From Spirochaetaceae bacterium (GTDB lineage Bacteria; Spirochaetota; Spirochaetia; Treponematales; Treponemataceae): a stretch of 24,000 nt of DNA. The stretch covers positions 46,457 through 70,456 of the forward strand of contig JAGBFB010000023.1 of the NCBI GenBank assembly GCA_017936665.1, written 5' to 3'. The translations under genes and the position numbers were made by a program. The notes under the pieces are model-generated. The model was not told where the DNA came from, searched no databases, and saw only the letters and a program-made list of their open reading frames with translations. Of this stretch, positions 8,540-15,780 are shown one piece after another; the stretch's first letter is position 1; the number at the start of each line of letters is the position of its first letter.

Positions 8540-8611
8540 GTCTCCTTCGTCTAGTGGTTAGGACATCGGGTTTTCATCCCGACAACAGGGGTTCAATTCC
8601 CCTAGGAGATG
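8540..8611 (+). tRNA. tRNA-Glu (anticodon UUC)
   Basis: Cloverleaf folded by hand. Acceptor GTCTCCT/AGGAGAT, D arm GTCT-AGTGGTTA-GGAC, anticodon arm TCGGG-TTTTCAT-CCCGA, T arm AGGGG-TTCAATT-CCCCT, discriminator G. No encoded CCA. With these ends the 1:72 pair is G-U rather than G-C. Confidence 0.9.
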
Positions 8612-8619
8612 CTAATTTT

Positions 8620-8655
8620 AGGCTTAATTCAGTTTTGGATTAAGCCTTTTTTTTT
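8620..8655 (+). terminator. Rho-independent terminator after tRNA-Glu
   Basis: An 11-bp stem, AGGCTTAATTC / GGATTAAGCCT, with a 6-nt loop, followed by T9 (8647-8655). Confidence 0.8.
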
Positions 8656-8667
8656 GGGGGGCAAATT

Positions 8668-9990
8668 ATGAATGATAAAATCAAAAGTTTTTTTTCAACC
8701 ACAGGGGCAAAGCCTTTTTTAATTGTATTATTGTTACTTTTGTTTTTAATTCCAATTAATTTTATAGATTCTTTGATGCATGATAGATTAAATTATCAAA
8801 AACAAGCTGTTAATTCTATTTTACAACCCTTAGGTGGAAATCTTGAAATACAAGGTATTGTTATTGCACTTCCTTTTAATGAAATTGTTGAAAAATTAGA
8901 AGGGGATAAAGTGATAAAGCAAGAAGTAAAAAATTATGTATTGCTAACTCCAGAAAATTTTGATATTTCTGGAAATGTTGAAACTAATTATTTAACAAGG
9001 GGAATTTATAAAGTTCCAGTTTTTAATGGTAGTTTTTCTTTTGAATGTAGTTTTGATCCTAATAATTTTTATACTGATATGTATTTTGACAAAAATTATA
9101 TCTTAGAACAAGGTGTTGTTATTTTAGGTATTTCTAATAAAAAAAATTTAACAAAATTGCCAGAACTTCATTGTGAAAATTTATCCTTAAATCAATTATC
9201 TGTAGAACTTGAAAATGCCTCCCCATTTAAAAAATCAATTTACTATAAATTACCAAAAGAGTTTTTTACAAAAGAATTTTCTATAAAAGGTACAATGAAC
9301 GTACAAGGTGGTGAATTAGTAAAACTTCAGCCTATAGCAACAAATAATACTTTTAAAATTTTTTCACCTTGGAAAAGTCCAAGTTTTTCAGGAGGATGGT
9401 TACCTATTCAAAGAAATATTTCAGAAAATGGATTTTCTGCCGAGTGGAATATTCCTGGTATGACAACTAACTTTCCAAAAACATGGATTTCTGATTCAAT
9501 GCGCATGTCTGAATTTGTTCAAATTTCATTTATTACCCCAGTTGATTCTTATCAAAAAGCTTTTAGAAGTATAAAATATGCTTTATTATTTCTTTTAGTA
9601 CCTTTTTTGGCAATTTTTATTTGCGAAATTTTTACTAAATTAAAAATTCATCCAGTTCAGTATTGTCTTTTAGGACTTGCTGATGTTTTATTTTATTTAC
9701 TATTACTTTCATTTTCAGAGCATATTTCTTTTGGATTAAGTTATTTCTTGGCATCATTTGCTGTTACCTTAGCTACTTTTTTCTATGCTTCATCAATATT
9801 CAAAAAAATAAAATGGGGTTTTATGATAGGATGTGTTCAAATTGTTTCTTATATCTTACTTTTTGGAACTTTACAAGCAGAAGATTATGCTTTATTGATT
9901 GGTAGTGTTGGATTATTTGTAATTGTTGTTTTATTAATGATTTTAACAAGAAAAATAGATTGGTATGAAATAAATGATAGAATTAAATGA
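8668..9990 (+). CDS. creD: Cell envelope integrity inner-membrane protein CreD
   Basis: Collinear with E. coli CreD as I remember it: an N-terminal TM helix followed by DRLNYQKQA, then SPWKSPSFSGGWLP...ENGFSAEW, TPVDSYQKAFRSIKYALLFL, IHPVQYCLLGLADVLFYLLLLSFSEH and a C-terminal TRKIDWYE. A G6 Shine-Dalgarno (8656-8661) lies 6 nt before the ATG. Confidence 0.9.
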   Translation: MNDKIKSFFSTTGAKPFLIVLLLLLFLIPINFIDSLMHDRLNYQKQAVNSILQPLGGNLEIQGIVIALPFNEIVEKLEGDKVIKQEVKNYVLLTPENFDISGNVETNYLTRGIYKVPVFNGSFSFECSFDPNNFYTDMYFDKNYILEQGVVILGISNKKNLTKLPELHCENLSLNQLSVELENASPFKKSIYYKLPKEFFTKEFSIKGTMNVQGGELVKLQPIATNNTFKIFSPWKSPSFSGGWLPIQRNISENGFSAEWNIPGMTTNFPKTWISDSMRMSEFVQISFITPVDSYQKAFRSIKYALLFLLVPFLAIFICEIFTKLKIHPVQYCLLGLADVLFYLLLLSFSEHISFGLSYFLASFAVTLATFFYASSIFKKIKWGFMIGCVQIVSYILLFGTLQAEDYALLIGSVGLFVIVVLLMILTRKIDWYEINDRIK

Positions 9991-12091
9991 TTCTTTTGAA
10001 AACGAATATGATGAAAATCACATTGAAATTCCTTTAGATACTGATAATTTAGTAAATTTGATTTCCACTGGTGGGGCGATGGATTGTCTCACTACAAATT
10101 TTGAACAAAGGGATGCTCAAATTGAATTATTAAAAAAAATTTGCCAATCCTTTAATGAAGATAAAATTGGTGTTTTTGAGGCAGGAACTGGAGTTGGAAA
10201 ATCGTTTGCATATTTGATACCAGCAATAATCTGGGCTAAACAAAATAAAGAAAGAATTGTAATTTCTACAGGAACTATAAATTTACAACAACAAATTTTT
10301 GAAAAAGATATTCCTTTTGCACAAAAAATTACTGGAACAAAAATAAAATCATTACTTGTTAAAGGTCGCCAAAATTATGTTTGTCTACGTAGATTTAATG
10401 AAACTCTAAATGAAATTGATTTATTTACAGAAGAACAAGAAGAATTAGATAGTCTTCAAGAATGGTTAAAAGTTACAAAATCAGGTGATAAGTCAGATTT
10501 ATCATTTTTACCAATTGAATCTTTGTGGCAAAAAATAAATTCAGAAACTGATGGATGTAGAGGTCAACATTGTCCATATAAAGATAAATGTTTTGTAATG
10601 AAGGTAAAAAAAGAGGCTGCCAGTGCACAACTTTTAGTTGTAAATCATCATTTACTTTTTGCTGATATTGAAATGAGACTTGCGAATGGTTATGAAAATC
10701 AAGCAGTTCTTCCTCCTTATAAAAAATTAATTTTTGACGAAGCTCACGGAATTGAAAACTCTGCAACAAGTTTTTTTTCTGATTGTTTTAATCGTTTTAG
10801 TTTGCAAAAACAACTTAGATTAATTTATCGTTCCAGAAAGGGAAATAAGGCTGGATTAATTTTTGCTTTAGAAACATTATCTACAGAAGAAAGTTGTTTA
10901 GGTGATTTAGTTAATCAAATTGCTTTGTTAGAAAGTCATTTAACTGAATTAGAAGATGGTACAGAAAAATTAATGAATAAAAATCTTTCTATAAGAATAC
11001 ATGATAATCCAAAATATGATTATTCTGAAGTATTTGATTCATTTAACCTTATTTCTGCTGATTTATTAGTAATTAACAGACTTATAGGCAATCTTTTAAA
11101 TGGTATTTCTGATGAAGATAAAAAAGTTGATTCTGTTTGGGAAGCTACAACTGTTTTACATCGATTAGAATCTTTTGCTGCCTTTTGTGTTAATTTTATC
11201 CATTGGGACGAAAATCCTGATAAAGTTTTTTGGATAGATAAAGGCAAATACATAAATTACTATCAAACTCCACTAGATATGTCATCTTTGTTACATAAGG
11301 GAGTTTTTGAGCCTTTTTCAACTGTTGTCTGTACATCAGCAACTTTAGGAATTGCCTCTAATTTTAGTTTTTGGATGCGTAAAAATGGTGTTTTATTTGA
11401 AGATTCTAAACGGATTTTACAAGATTTTTTTGAGTCACCTTTCCCATATAATAAAAATGTTATGTTGGCAATCCCTGCTGATGGAAAAGGTGCAGATGAA
11501 TTTAATTTTCAATCCTATGTTGAAGATGTTTTGCCTAGATTGATAAGAGCAAGTGAAGGAAGAGCATTGGTTTTATTTACTTCTTATGAATCCTTAAAAA
11601 GTTCTTATGATGCTTGTTTTTCAGGTTTATTACGAAGTGGAATAAATTTATATAAACAAGGTGATGATGATAGATTCCGTTTATTAGAAAAGTTCAAAAA
11701 GGATACCCATAGTGTATTATTTGGAACGTATTCTTTTTGGGAAGGAGTAGATGTTCCAGGAGATGCTCTTTCTCATGTAATTATTGTAAAATTACCTTTT
11801 GGTGTTCCATCAGATCCAGTTTTTGCTGCTCGTAGTGAAGCTATAACAAAACGGGGAGGAAGTTCCTTTATGGAATTAAGTGTTCCAGAAGCTGTTATTA
11901 AATTTAGACAAGGTTTTGGAAGGTTAATGAGAAAATCAACAGATAAAGGTATAGTAACTATTTTAGATAAAAGATTGGTAACAAAAAGATATGGTTCTAT
12001 TTTTATAAATAGTATTCCCCACACAAAAGTTTGCTATGAAAGTATTTCTTTAATTTGCAGTAAAATTCAAAACTTGCTTGACACTAATTAA
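9974..12091 (+). CDS. dinG: ATP-dependent DNA helicase, DinG/XPD (Rad3) family with Fe-S cluster cysteines
   Basis: Walker A EAGTGVGKSFAYLIPA and DEAH box FDEAHGIEN. Four cysteines lie between them (YVCLRRF, DGCRGQHCPYKDKC). C-terminal helicase motifs VLFTSY, FWEGVDVPG and FRQGFGRLMR. The ATG overlaps the creD 3' end by 17 nt. Confidence 0.9.
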   Translation: MIELNDSFENEYDENHIEIPLDTDNLVNLISTGGAMDCLTTNFEQRDAQIELLKKICQSFNEDKIGVFEAGTGVGKSFAYLIPAIIWAKQNKERIVISTGTINLQQQIFEKDIPFAQKITGTKIKSLLVKGRQNYVCLRRFNETLNEIDLFTEEQEELDSLQEWLKVTKSGDKSDLSFLPIESLWQKINSETDGCRGQHCPYKDKCFVMKVKKEAASAQLLVVNHHLLFADIEMRLANGYENQAVLPPYKKLIFDEAHGIENSATSFFSDCFNRFSLQKQLRLIYRSRKGNKAGLIFALETLSTEESCLGDLVNQIALLESHLTELEDGTEKLMNKNLSIRIHDNPKYDYSEVFDSFNLISADLLVINRLIGNLLNGISDEDKKVDSVWEATTVLHRLESFAAFCVNFIHWDENPDKVFWIDKGKYINYYQTPLDMSSLLHKGVFEPFSTVVCTSATLGIASNFSFWMRKNGVLFEDSKRILQDFFESPFPYNKNVMLAIPADGKGADEFNFQSYVEDVLPRLIRASEGRALVLFTSYESLKSSYDACFSGLLRSGINLYKQGDDDRFRLLEKFKKDTHSVLFGTYSFWEGVDVPGDALSHVIIVKLPFGVPSDPVFAARSEAITKRGGSSFMELSVPEAVIKFRQGFGRLMRKSTDKGIVTILDKRLVTKRYGSIFINSIPHTKVCYESISLICSKIQNLLDTN

Positions 12092-12106
12092 ACTTGTCAA
12101 TATAAT
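12078..12106 (+). promoter_or_regulatory. Perfect consensus sigma-70 promoter (TTGACA-17 nt-TATAAT) for the small zinc-ribbon gene
   Basis: TTGACA at 12078-12083 (inside the last codons of dinG), a 17-nt spacer, TATAAT at 12101-12106. Confidence 0.7.
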
Positions 12107-12138
12107 TTATATTAATCATTTATTTCGGAGGATAACTT

Positions 12139-12309
12139 ATGGCAGGAGCAAGTAAAAACTCTCGTACTTCGGTTACTACTCATAAATTTCTCTGCTCATG
12201 TGGTGGTGAAGTAGTAATGAAAACTTTGTTCGAAAGTGGCAGATTAAAGAATGTTGCTGAATGTACACAATGTAAGAGACTTGAACGTAGACCGAAGGAT
12301 TTCAAATAA
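12139..12309 (+). CDS. Small (56 aa) basic zinc-ribbon protein, absent from the supplied ORF track
   Basis: Hand translation: MAGASKNSRTSVTTHKFLCSCGGEVVMKTLFESGRLKNVAECTQCKRLERRPKDFK. GGAGG (12127-12131) lies 7 nt before the ATG. CxC...CxxC metal-binding pattern, with 12 K/R against 5 D/E. It is bracketed by its own consensus promoter and terminator. Confidence 0.75.
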   Translation: MAGASKNSRTSVTTHKFLCSCGGEVVMKTLFESGRLKNVAECTQCKRLERRPKDFK

Positions 12310-12330
12310 TCTTCTTTTGGTTGTTTAAAT

Positions 12331-12362
12331 AGGCCTGTACATAATGTGCAGGCTTTATTTTT
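12331..12362 (+). terminator. Rho-independent terminator of the small zinc-ribbon gene
   Basis: Stem AGGCCTGTACA / TGTGCAGGCT with a 3-nt loop, then CTTTATTTTT. Confidence 0.7.
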
Positions 12363-12418
12363 ACATCATTATTTCTTATATAAAAAGAAATTACACATAA
12401 AGCATCTTGTTATACTAC

Positions 12419-12447
12419 TTGACTAATGCTCTTATGTTTAGTAAAAT
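12419..12447 (+). promoter_or_regulatory. Sigma-70-type promoter of rpsT (TTGACT-17 nt-TAAAAT)
   Basis: TTGACT at 12419-12424, a 17-nt spacer, TAAAAT at 12442-12447. Confidence 0.6.
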
Positions 12448-12477
12448 ATATTCAGTTTTTGTTTGGGGGGTTCTCCT

Positions 12478-12756
12478 TTGGTAGGAAAGAAATCATCTGC
12501 TGAAAAAAGACACAAGCAGAGCGAAGTTCGTCGTTTGCGTAATAAATCTACAAAAAGTGCTGTACATACAGCTGTTAGAAAATTTGTAGAAGCTGTTCAC
12601 GCTAAAGATGAAGCTTTAGCTTCAGAAAAACTCAAAGTACTTGTAAAAGAGCTTGATACAGCTGCAGGAAAAGGTATTTTGACAAAAAATTCTGTGTCTC
12701 GAAAAAAATCACGCATGATGAAGTTATACAATGCTTCATTTAATGCTGCTAACTAG
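12478..12756 (+). CDS. rpsT: 30S ribosomal protein S20
   Basis: KKSSAEKRHKQSEVRRLRNKSTKSAVHTAVRKF is a classic S20 N-terminus. TTG 12478 lies 7 nt after a G6 SD (12465-12470). The track start TTG 12463 would leave only about 9 nt of leader and no SD. E. coli rpsT is also known to use a UUG start. Confidence 0.9.
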   Translation: MVGKKSSAEKRHKQSEVRRLRNKSTKSAVHTAVRKFVEAVHAKDEALASEKLKVLVKELDTAAGKGILTKNSVSRKKSRMMKLYNASFNAAN

Positions 12757-12765
12757 AATGAAAAG

Positions 12766-12806
12766 GTTGTAGGTCTTGTCTCTTTTAGACAATCTGCAAC
12801 TTTTTT
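12766..12806 (+). terminator. Rho-independent terminator of rpsT
   Basis: Imperfect stem GTTGTAGGTCTTGTCT / TAGACAATCTGCAAC (GU pairs, 2-nt bulge), followed by TTTTTT (12801-12806). Confidence 0.65.
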
Positions 12807-12839
12807 GTTTATTATGAAACAATTTTATAAAAAATCCTT

Positions 12840-12857
12840 TTGTTAAGATTATAACAA
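12840..12857. promoter_or_regulatory. Rex-operator-like palindrome TTGTTAAGATTATAACAA
   Basis: Matches the low-GC Rex box consensus TTGTTAA-N4-TTAACAA at 13 of 14 specified positions. The outer 6+6 bp form a perfect inverted repeat. It lies 40 nt upstream of the hup ATG, over plausible core promoter elements. Confidence 0.4.
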
Positions 12858-12896
12858 GATTTATTTGTGGTGGGATATTTTAGGAGCTATTTATCC

Positions 12897-13205
12897 ATGA
12901 AAAAAGTTACAAAGTTTGATCTTGTTGATGCTGTGTACGAAGATACAAGCTATGATAAGAAAGTAGTGCAGACAGTAATTGATTCATTTTTAGAACAGGT
13001 GAAAAATTCCTTAAAAAATTCTTCTACAATTGAATTACGTGGTTTTGGAACCTTTGAGTTAAGACTTAGAAAAGGAAAAGAAACCGCAAGGAATCCAAAA
13101 ACAGGTGATAAAGTTTCAGTAGCTCCTCATTATGTTGCTGCTTTTAGATCTGGTCAAGAGTTGAAAAAATCGTTATGGGAATTACCTGTAGATAATAATC
13201 AATAA
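12897..13205 (+). CDS. hup: HU/IHF-family DNA-binding protein
   Basis: IELRGFGTFELRLRKGKETARNPKTGDKVSVAPHYVAAFRSGQELK is the canonical HU/IHF beta-arm. AGGAG (12882-12886) lies upstream of ATG 12897. The track start at 12867 is an upstream extension. Confidence 0.9.
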   Translation: MKKVTKFDLVDAVYEDTSYDKKVVQTVIDSFLEQVKNSLKNSSTIELRGFGTFELRLRKGKETARNPKTGDKVSVAPHYVAAFRSGQELKKSLWELPVDNNQ

Positions 13206-13230
13206 AAATTTATACTTACTATAGATTTTA

Positions 13231-13671
13231 ATGGGAAAATTTATGGCACAAATTTATCAAAGTAAAGATAAAAATATTACTGTTCTTGGTACTGAAACAG
13301 AATTTTCTGGTGAATTAACATTTAAAGATAATTTAGTTATTACTGGTAAATTTAATGGTTCAATTAATGCAACTGGTAATTTGGAAATTTCTAAAGAAGC
13401 TGTTTGTAATGTTGATACAATTTCTGTAAATTCTGTTGTAGTTTCTGGAAAAGTTAGAGGAAATATAGTCTCACAAAATTTCATTGAAATGAAGAATGGA
13501 AGTACTATACAGGGTGATGTAACAACTTCAAAACTTAGAATTGAGGATGGAGTTGATTTTCAGGGAAGAGTTTCTATGGTAGAAAGTGCAGAAAAAACAG
13601 ATTTATTTTCTATGAGTTCGTCTGAATATAAAGATTCTCTAACCTTGTATCAAGGAAACAATAAAAAATAA
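13231..13671 (+). CDS. Bactofilin-family polymer-forming cytoskeletal protein
   Basis: Repetitive beta-helix pattern typical of bactofilins: TEFSGELTFKDNLVITGKFNGSINATGNLEISKEAVCNVDTISVNSVVVSGKVRGNIVSQNFIEMKNGSTIQGDVTTSKLRIEDGVDFQGRV. The start may instead be ATG 13243. Confidence 0.8.
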   Translation: MGKFMAQIYQSKDKNITVLGTETEFSGELTFKDNLVITGKFNGSINATGNLEISKEAVCNVDTISVNSVVVSGKVRGNIVSQNFIEMKNGSTIQGDVTTSKLRIEDGVDFQGRVSMVESAEKTDLFSMSSSEYKDSLTLYQGNNKK

Positions 13672-13701
13672 AATTCATATAAGATTTTATAGGAGAAATT
13701 A

Positions 13702-15351
13702 ATGGCACCAATCCGACGTAAGCGAAGTGTTGAAGTTTCGGAAGAACAAAATGTAAATTCTGATGAACAACTTCAACTTGACTTAGTGTCAGAAAATCAA
13801 GAAGGGAGCAGTGATTCAATAGGGGAAGAAAATCACAAAGAGACTTCTGAAGCAGTGGAAAATTCTGAAATTACAACAGATAATAATCAATCTGAAATTA
13901 ATGTATCTGAAACTTCAGCTTCTGAAGTTCAACCTAATCCAAGAGAAAGAACAGTTGTTAGACCTAAATTAAAAAAACGTATACCAGCAAGACGGGATAA
14001 TTCTCGTTCTTTTAATCAAAATCCTGAAGTTCAACAAGATAATCAACTTACTGAGGATGACACAGCTAGAGATTCAAAACCAAGACTTCTAATAAATGAA
14101 TTAACAAAAATGGGAATGCATGATTTGCGTACCTTAGCTGAAAATTATGGTTTTACAAGTGATTATCTTGCTCCAATGAAAAAGCAAGAATTGATTTTTA
14201 TTATATTAAAGGCCCATACAGAACATGGCGGTATTATTTTTGCTTCTGGTGCTTTAGAACTTTTGCCTGATGGTTATGGATTTTTACGTTCTCCTCAAAA
14301 TAGTTATTTGCCAGGTACTTATGATGTATACATTTCACCAAGTCAAATTAGACTCTTTAATTTAAAAACTGGTGATACTGTTTATGGACAAATTCGTAGT
14401 CCAAAAGATGGGGAGAGATATTTTGCACTTTTAAGAATTGAATCTGTTAATGATGAAGATACAAGATCTGCTCAAACAAGAATTCCTTTTGAAAATTTAA
14501 CACCTCTTTATCCTAATGAAAAATTGAATTTGGAAACAATTACAACAGAATATTCTACAAGAATTATGGATTTATTTTGTCCAATAGGAAAAGGGCAGCG
14601 TGCTTTAATTGTTGCACCACCAAAAGCAGGTAAAACAATTTTGATGCAAAAAATTGCAAATGCAATTATTACAAATCATCCTGAAGTGTATCTTATCGTG
14701 CTTTTAATTGATGAACGTCCTGAAGAAGTTACTGAAATGGAACGTTCTATCAATGCAGAAGTTATTTCTTCTACTTTTGATGAACAGGCTACAAGGCATG
14801 TTCAAGTTGCCGAAATGGTACTTGAAAAAGCAAAACGATTAGTAGAACATAAAAGAGATGTTGTAATTTTTCTAGATTCAATTACACGTCTTGCAAGAGC
14901 ATATAACCAAACTGCACCTACTTCTGGAAAGGTTTTATCAGGTGGTGTTGATTCCAATGCTTTACATAAACCAAAACGATTTTTTGGTGCTGCTCGTAAT
15001 GTAGAAGAGGGGGGAAGTCTTACAATTATTTCTACTGCTCTTATTGAAACAGGTAGCCGTATGGACGAAGTTATCTTTGAGGAATTCAAAGGTACTGGAA
15101 ATATGGAAATTGACCTAGAAAGAAAACTTGCAGAACGCAGACTTTTTCCTGCAATCAGCATAAAAAAATCTGGTACAAGAAAAGAAGATTTACTTCTTAC
15201 AGAAGAACAACTTCAAAAAATTTGGGTGCTTAGAAAAGTTATTAGCCCAATGGATGATGTTGAAATTATCGAGTTGTTGCTTGATAGAATGTCAAAAAGT
15301 AAAGATAATGAAGCTTTCTTGCGTTCTATGAATACTTCTGATATGGGGTAG
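13702..15351 (+). CDS. rho: Transcription termination factor Rho with an N-terminal extension of about 127 aa
   Basis: From about residue 128 onward it is collinear with E. coli Rho ([28 protein letters not shown], Walker [66 protein letters not shown]). AGGAG lies 6 nt before the ATG. Confidence 0.95.
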   Translation: MAPIRRKRSVEVSEEQNVNSDEQLQLDLVSENQEGSSDSIGEENHKETSEAVENSEITTDNNQSEINVSETSASEVQPNPRERTVVRPKLKKRIPARRDNSRSFNQNPEVQQDNQLTEDDTARDSKPRLLINELTKMGMHDLRTLAENYGFTSDYLAPMKKQELIFIILKAHTEHGGIIFASGALELLPDGYGFLRSPQNSYLPGTYDVYISPSQIRLFNLKTGDTVYGQIRSPKDGERYFALLRIESVNDEDTRSAQTRIPFENLTPLYPNEKLNLETITTEYSTRIMDLFCPIGKGQRALIVAPPKAGKTILMQKIANAIITNHPEVYLIVLLIDERPEEVTEMERSINAEVISSTFDEQATRHVQVAEMVLEKAKRLVEHKRDVVIFLDSITRLARAYNQTAPTSGKVLSGGVDSNALHKPKRFFGAARNVEEGGSLTIISTALIETGSRMDEVIFEEFKGTGNMEIDLERKLAERRLFPAISIKKSGTRKEDLLLTEEQLQKIWVLRKVISPMDDVEIIELLLDRMSKSKDNEAFLRSMNTSDMG

Positions 15352-15398
15352 ATTAAATTTTAATTATTTTGTATAATATAACAGTTATATATAAATTT

Positions 15399-15450
15399 GA
15401 AGTCTTGTGAACTTAGTTTGCAAAAGCTCTATTTTCGGGCAAGACTTTTC
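15399..15450 (+). promoter_or_regulatory. Extended imperfect stem-loop between rho and rpmE (rho terminator and/or rpmE leader structure)
   Basis: GAAGTCTTG (15399-15407) pairs with CAAGACTTT (15440-15448). Additional inner pairs are possible (TGAA/TTCG, TAG/CTA, GC/GC). It is followed by TTTTC, and a TGTATAAT -10-like element lies at 15370-15377 upstream. Confidence 0.4.
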
Positions 15451-15468
15451 AAATATTTGGAGGAAAAC

Positions 15469-15672
15469 ATGAAAGAAGGTATACACCCAAAGTACGAATT
15501 AACAAAAATCACATGTGTGTGTGGAAATGTAATTGAAACTCGTTCTACAGTTCCTAACATCAATGTTGAAATTTGCTCAGCTTGTCACCCATTCTTTACA
15601 GGAAAACAAAAATTGGTAGACACAGCTGGTCGTATTGAAAGATTTAACAAACGCTACAATATTAAAGGCTAA
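15469..15672 (+). CDS. rpmE: 50S ribosomal protein L31 (zinc-binding type)
   Basis: MKEGIHPKY start and cysteine motifs CVCG...[17 protein letters not shown] (15459-15463) lies 5 nt before the ATG. The track start TTG 15397 merely reads through the leader. Confidence 0.95.
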   Translation: MKEGIHPKYELTKITCVCGNVIETRSTVPNINVEICSACHPFFTGKQKLVDTAGRIERFNKRYNIKG

Positions 15673-15700
15673 TTATTGTATTAAGTTTGTAAAAATGAAA

Positions 15701-15737
15701 AGCTTTCTGTTCTTTAGAATAGAAGGCTTTTTTTTTG
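15701..15737 (+). terminator. Rho-independent terminator after rpmE (possibly bidirectional, between convergent genes)
   Basis: An 11-bp stem, AGCTTTCTGTT / AATAGAAGGCT (two GU pairs), with a 6-nt loop, followed by T10. Confidence 0.75.
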
Positions 15738-15780
15738 TCTAAAAGTAAAATAATAAAGAATTTTCAAAAATTTGTTTTAG

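Noticed and set aside
10473-12024. Several 63-98 aa ORFs within dinG (10473-10769 minus, 11020-11253 minus, 11773-12024 minus, 11352-11543 plus). The short antisense ORFs at 868, 1446, 3517, 3934, 4934, 5572, 6442, 7817, 13257, 13610, 17708, 19395, 19723, 20600 and 20836 belong in the same category.
   Set aside because: All are nested in, or antisense to, much longer ORFs with confident homology. In a 30% GC genome, stop-poor reverse frames of this length are expected by chance.
7177-12091. Reading the SAS-TPR, CreD and DinG genes (and the later HD phosphohydrolase) as a defence island next to a tRNA gene
   Set aside because: There is no integrase, att-like direct repeat of the tRNA 3' end, transposase or compositional break. 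Each protein looks like a full-length housekeeping-type family member, and the surrounding genes are core. The idea is kept only as a low-priority alternative inside individual findings.
12139-12309. The small zinc-ribbon protein as a divergent paralogue of L31, which also has CxC...CxxC
   Set aside because: The spacing between cysteine pairs differs (20 versus 17 intervening residues). The flanking L31 signatures (GIHPKY, HPFFTG) are absent. The resemblance is limited to the metal-ligand pattern.
14802-15161. 119-aa minus-strand ORF inside rho
   Set aside because: It is antisense to the most conserved ATPase core of Rho, has no expression signals, and is compositionally a mirror frame.
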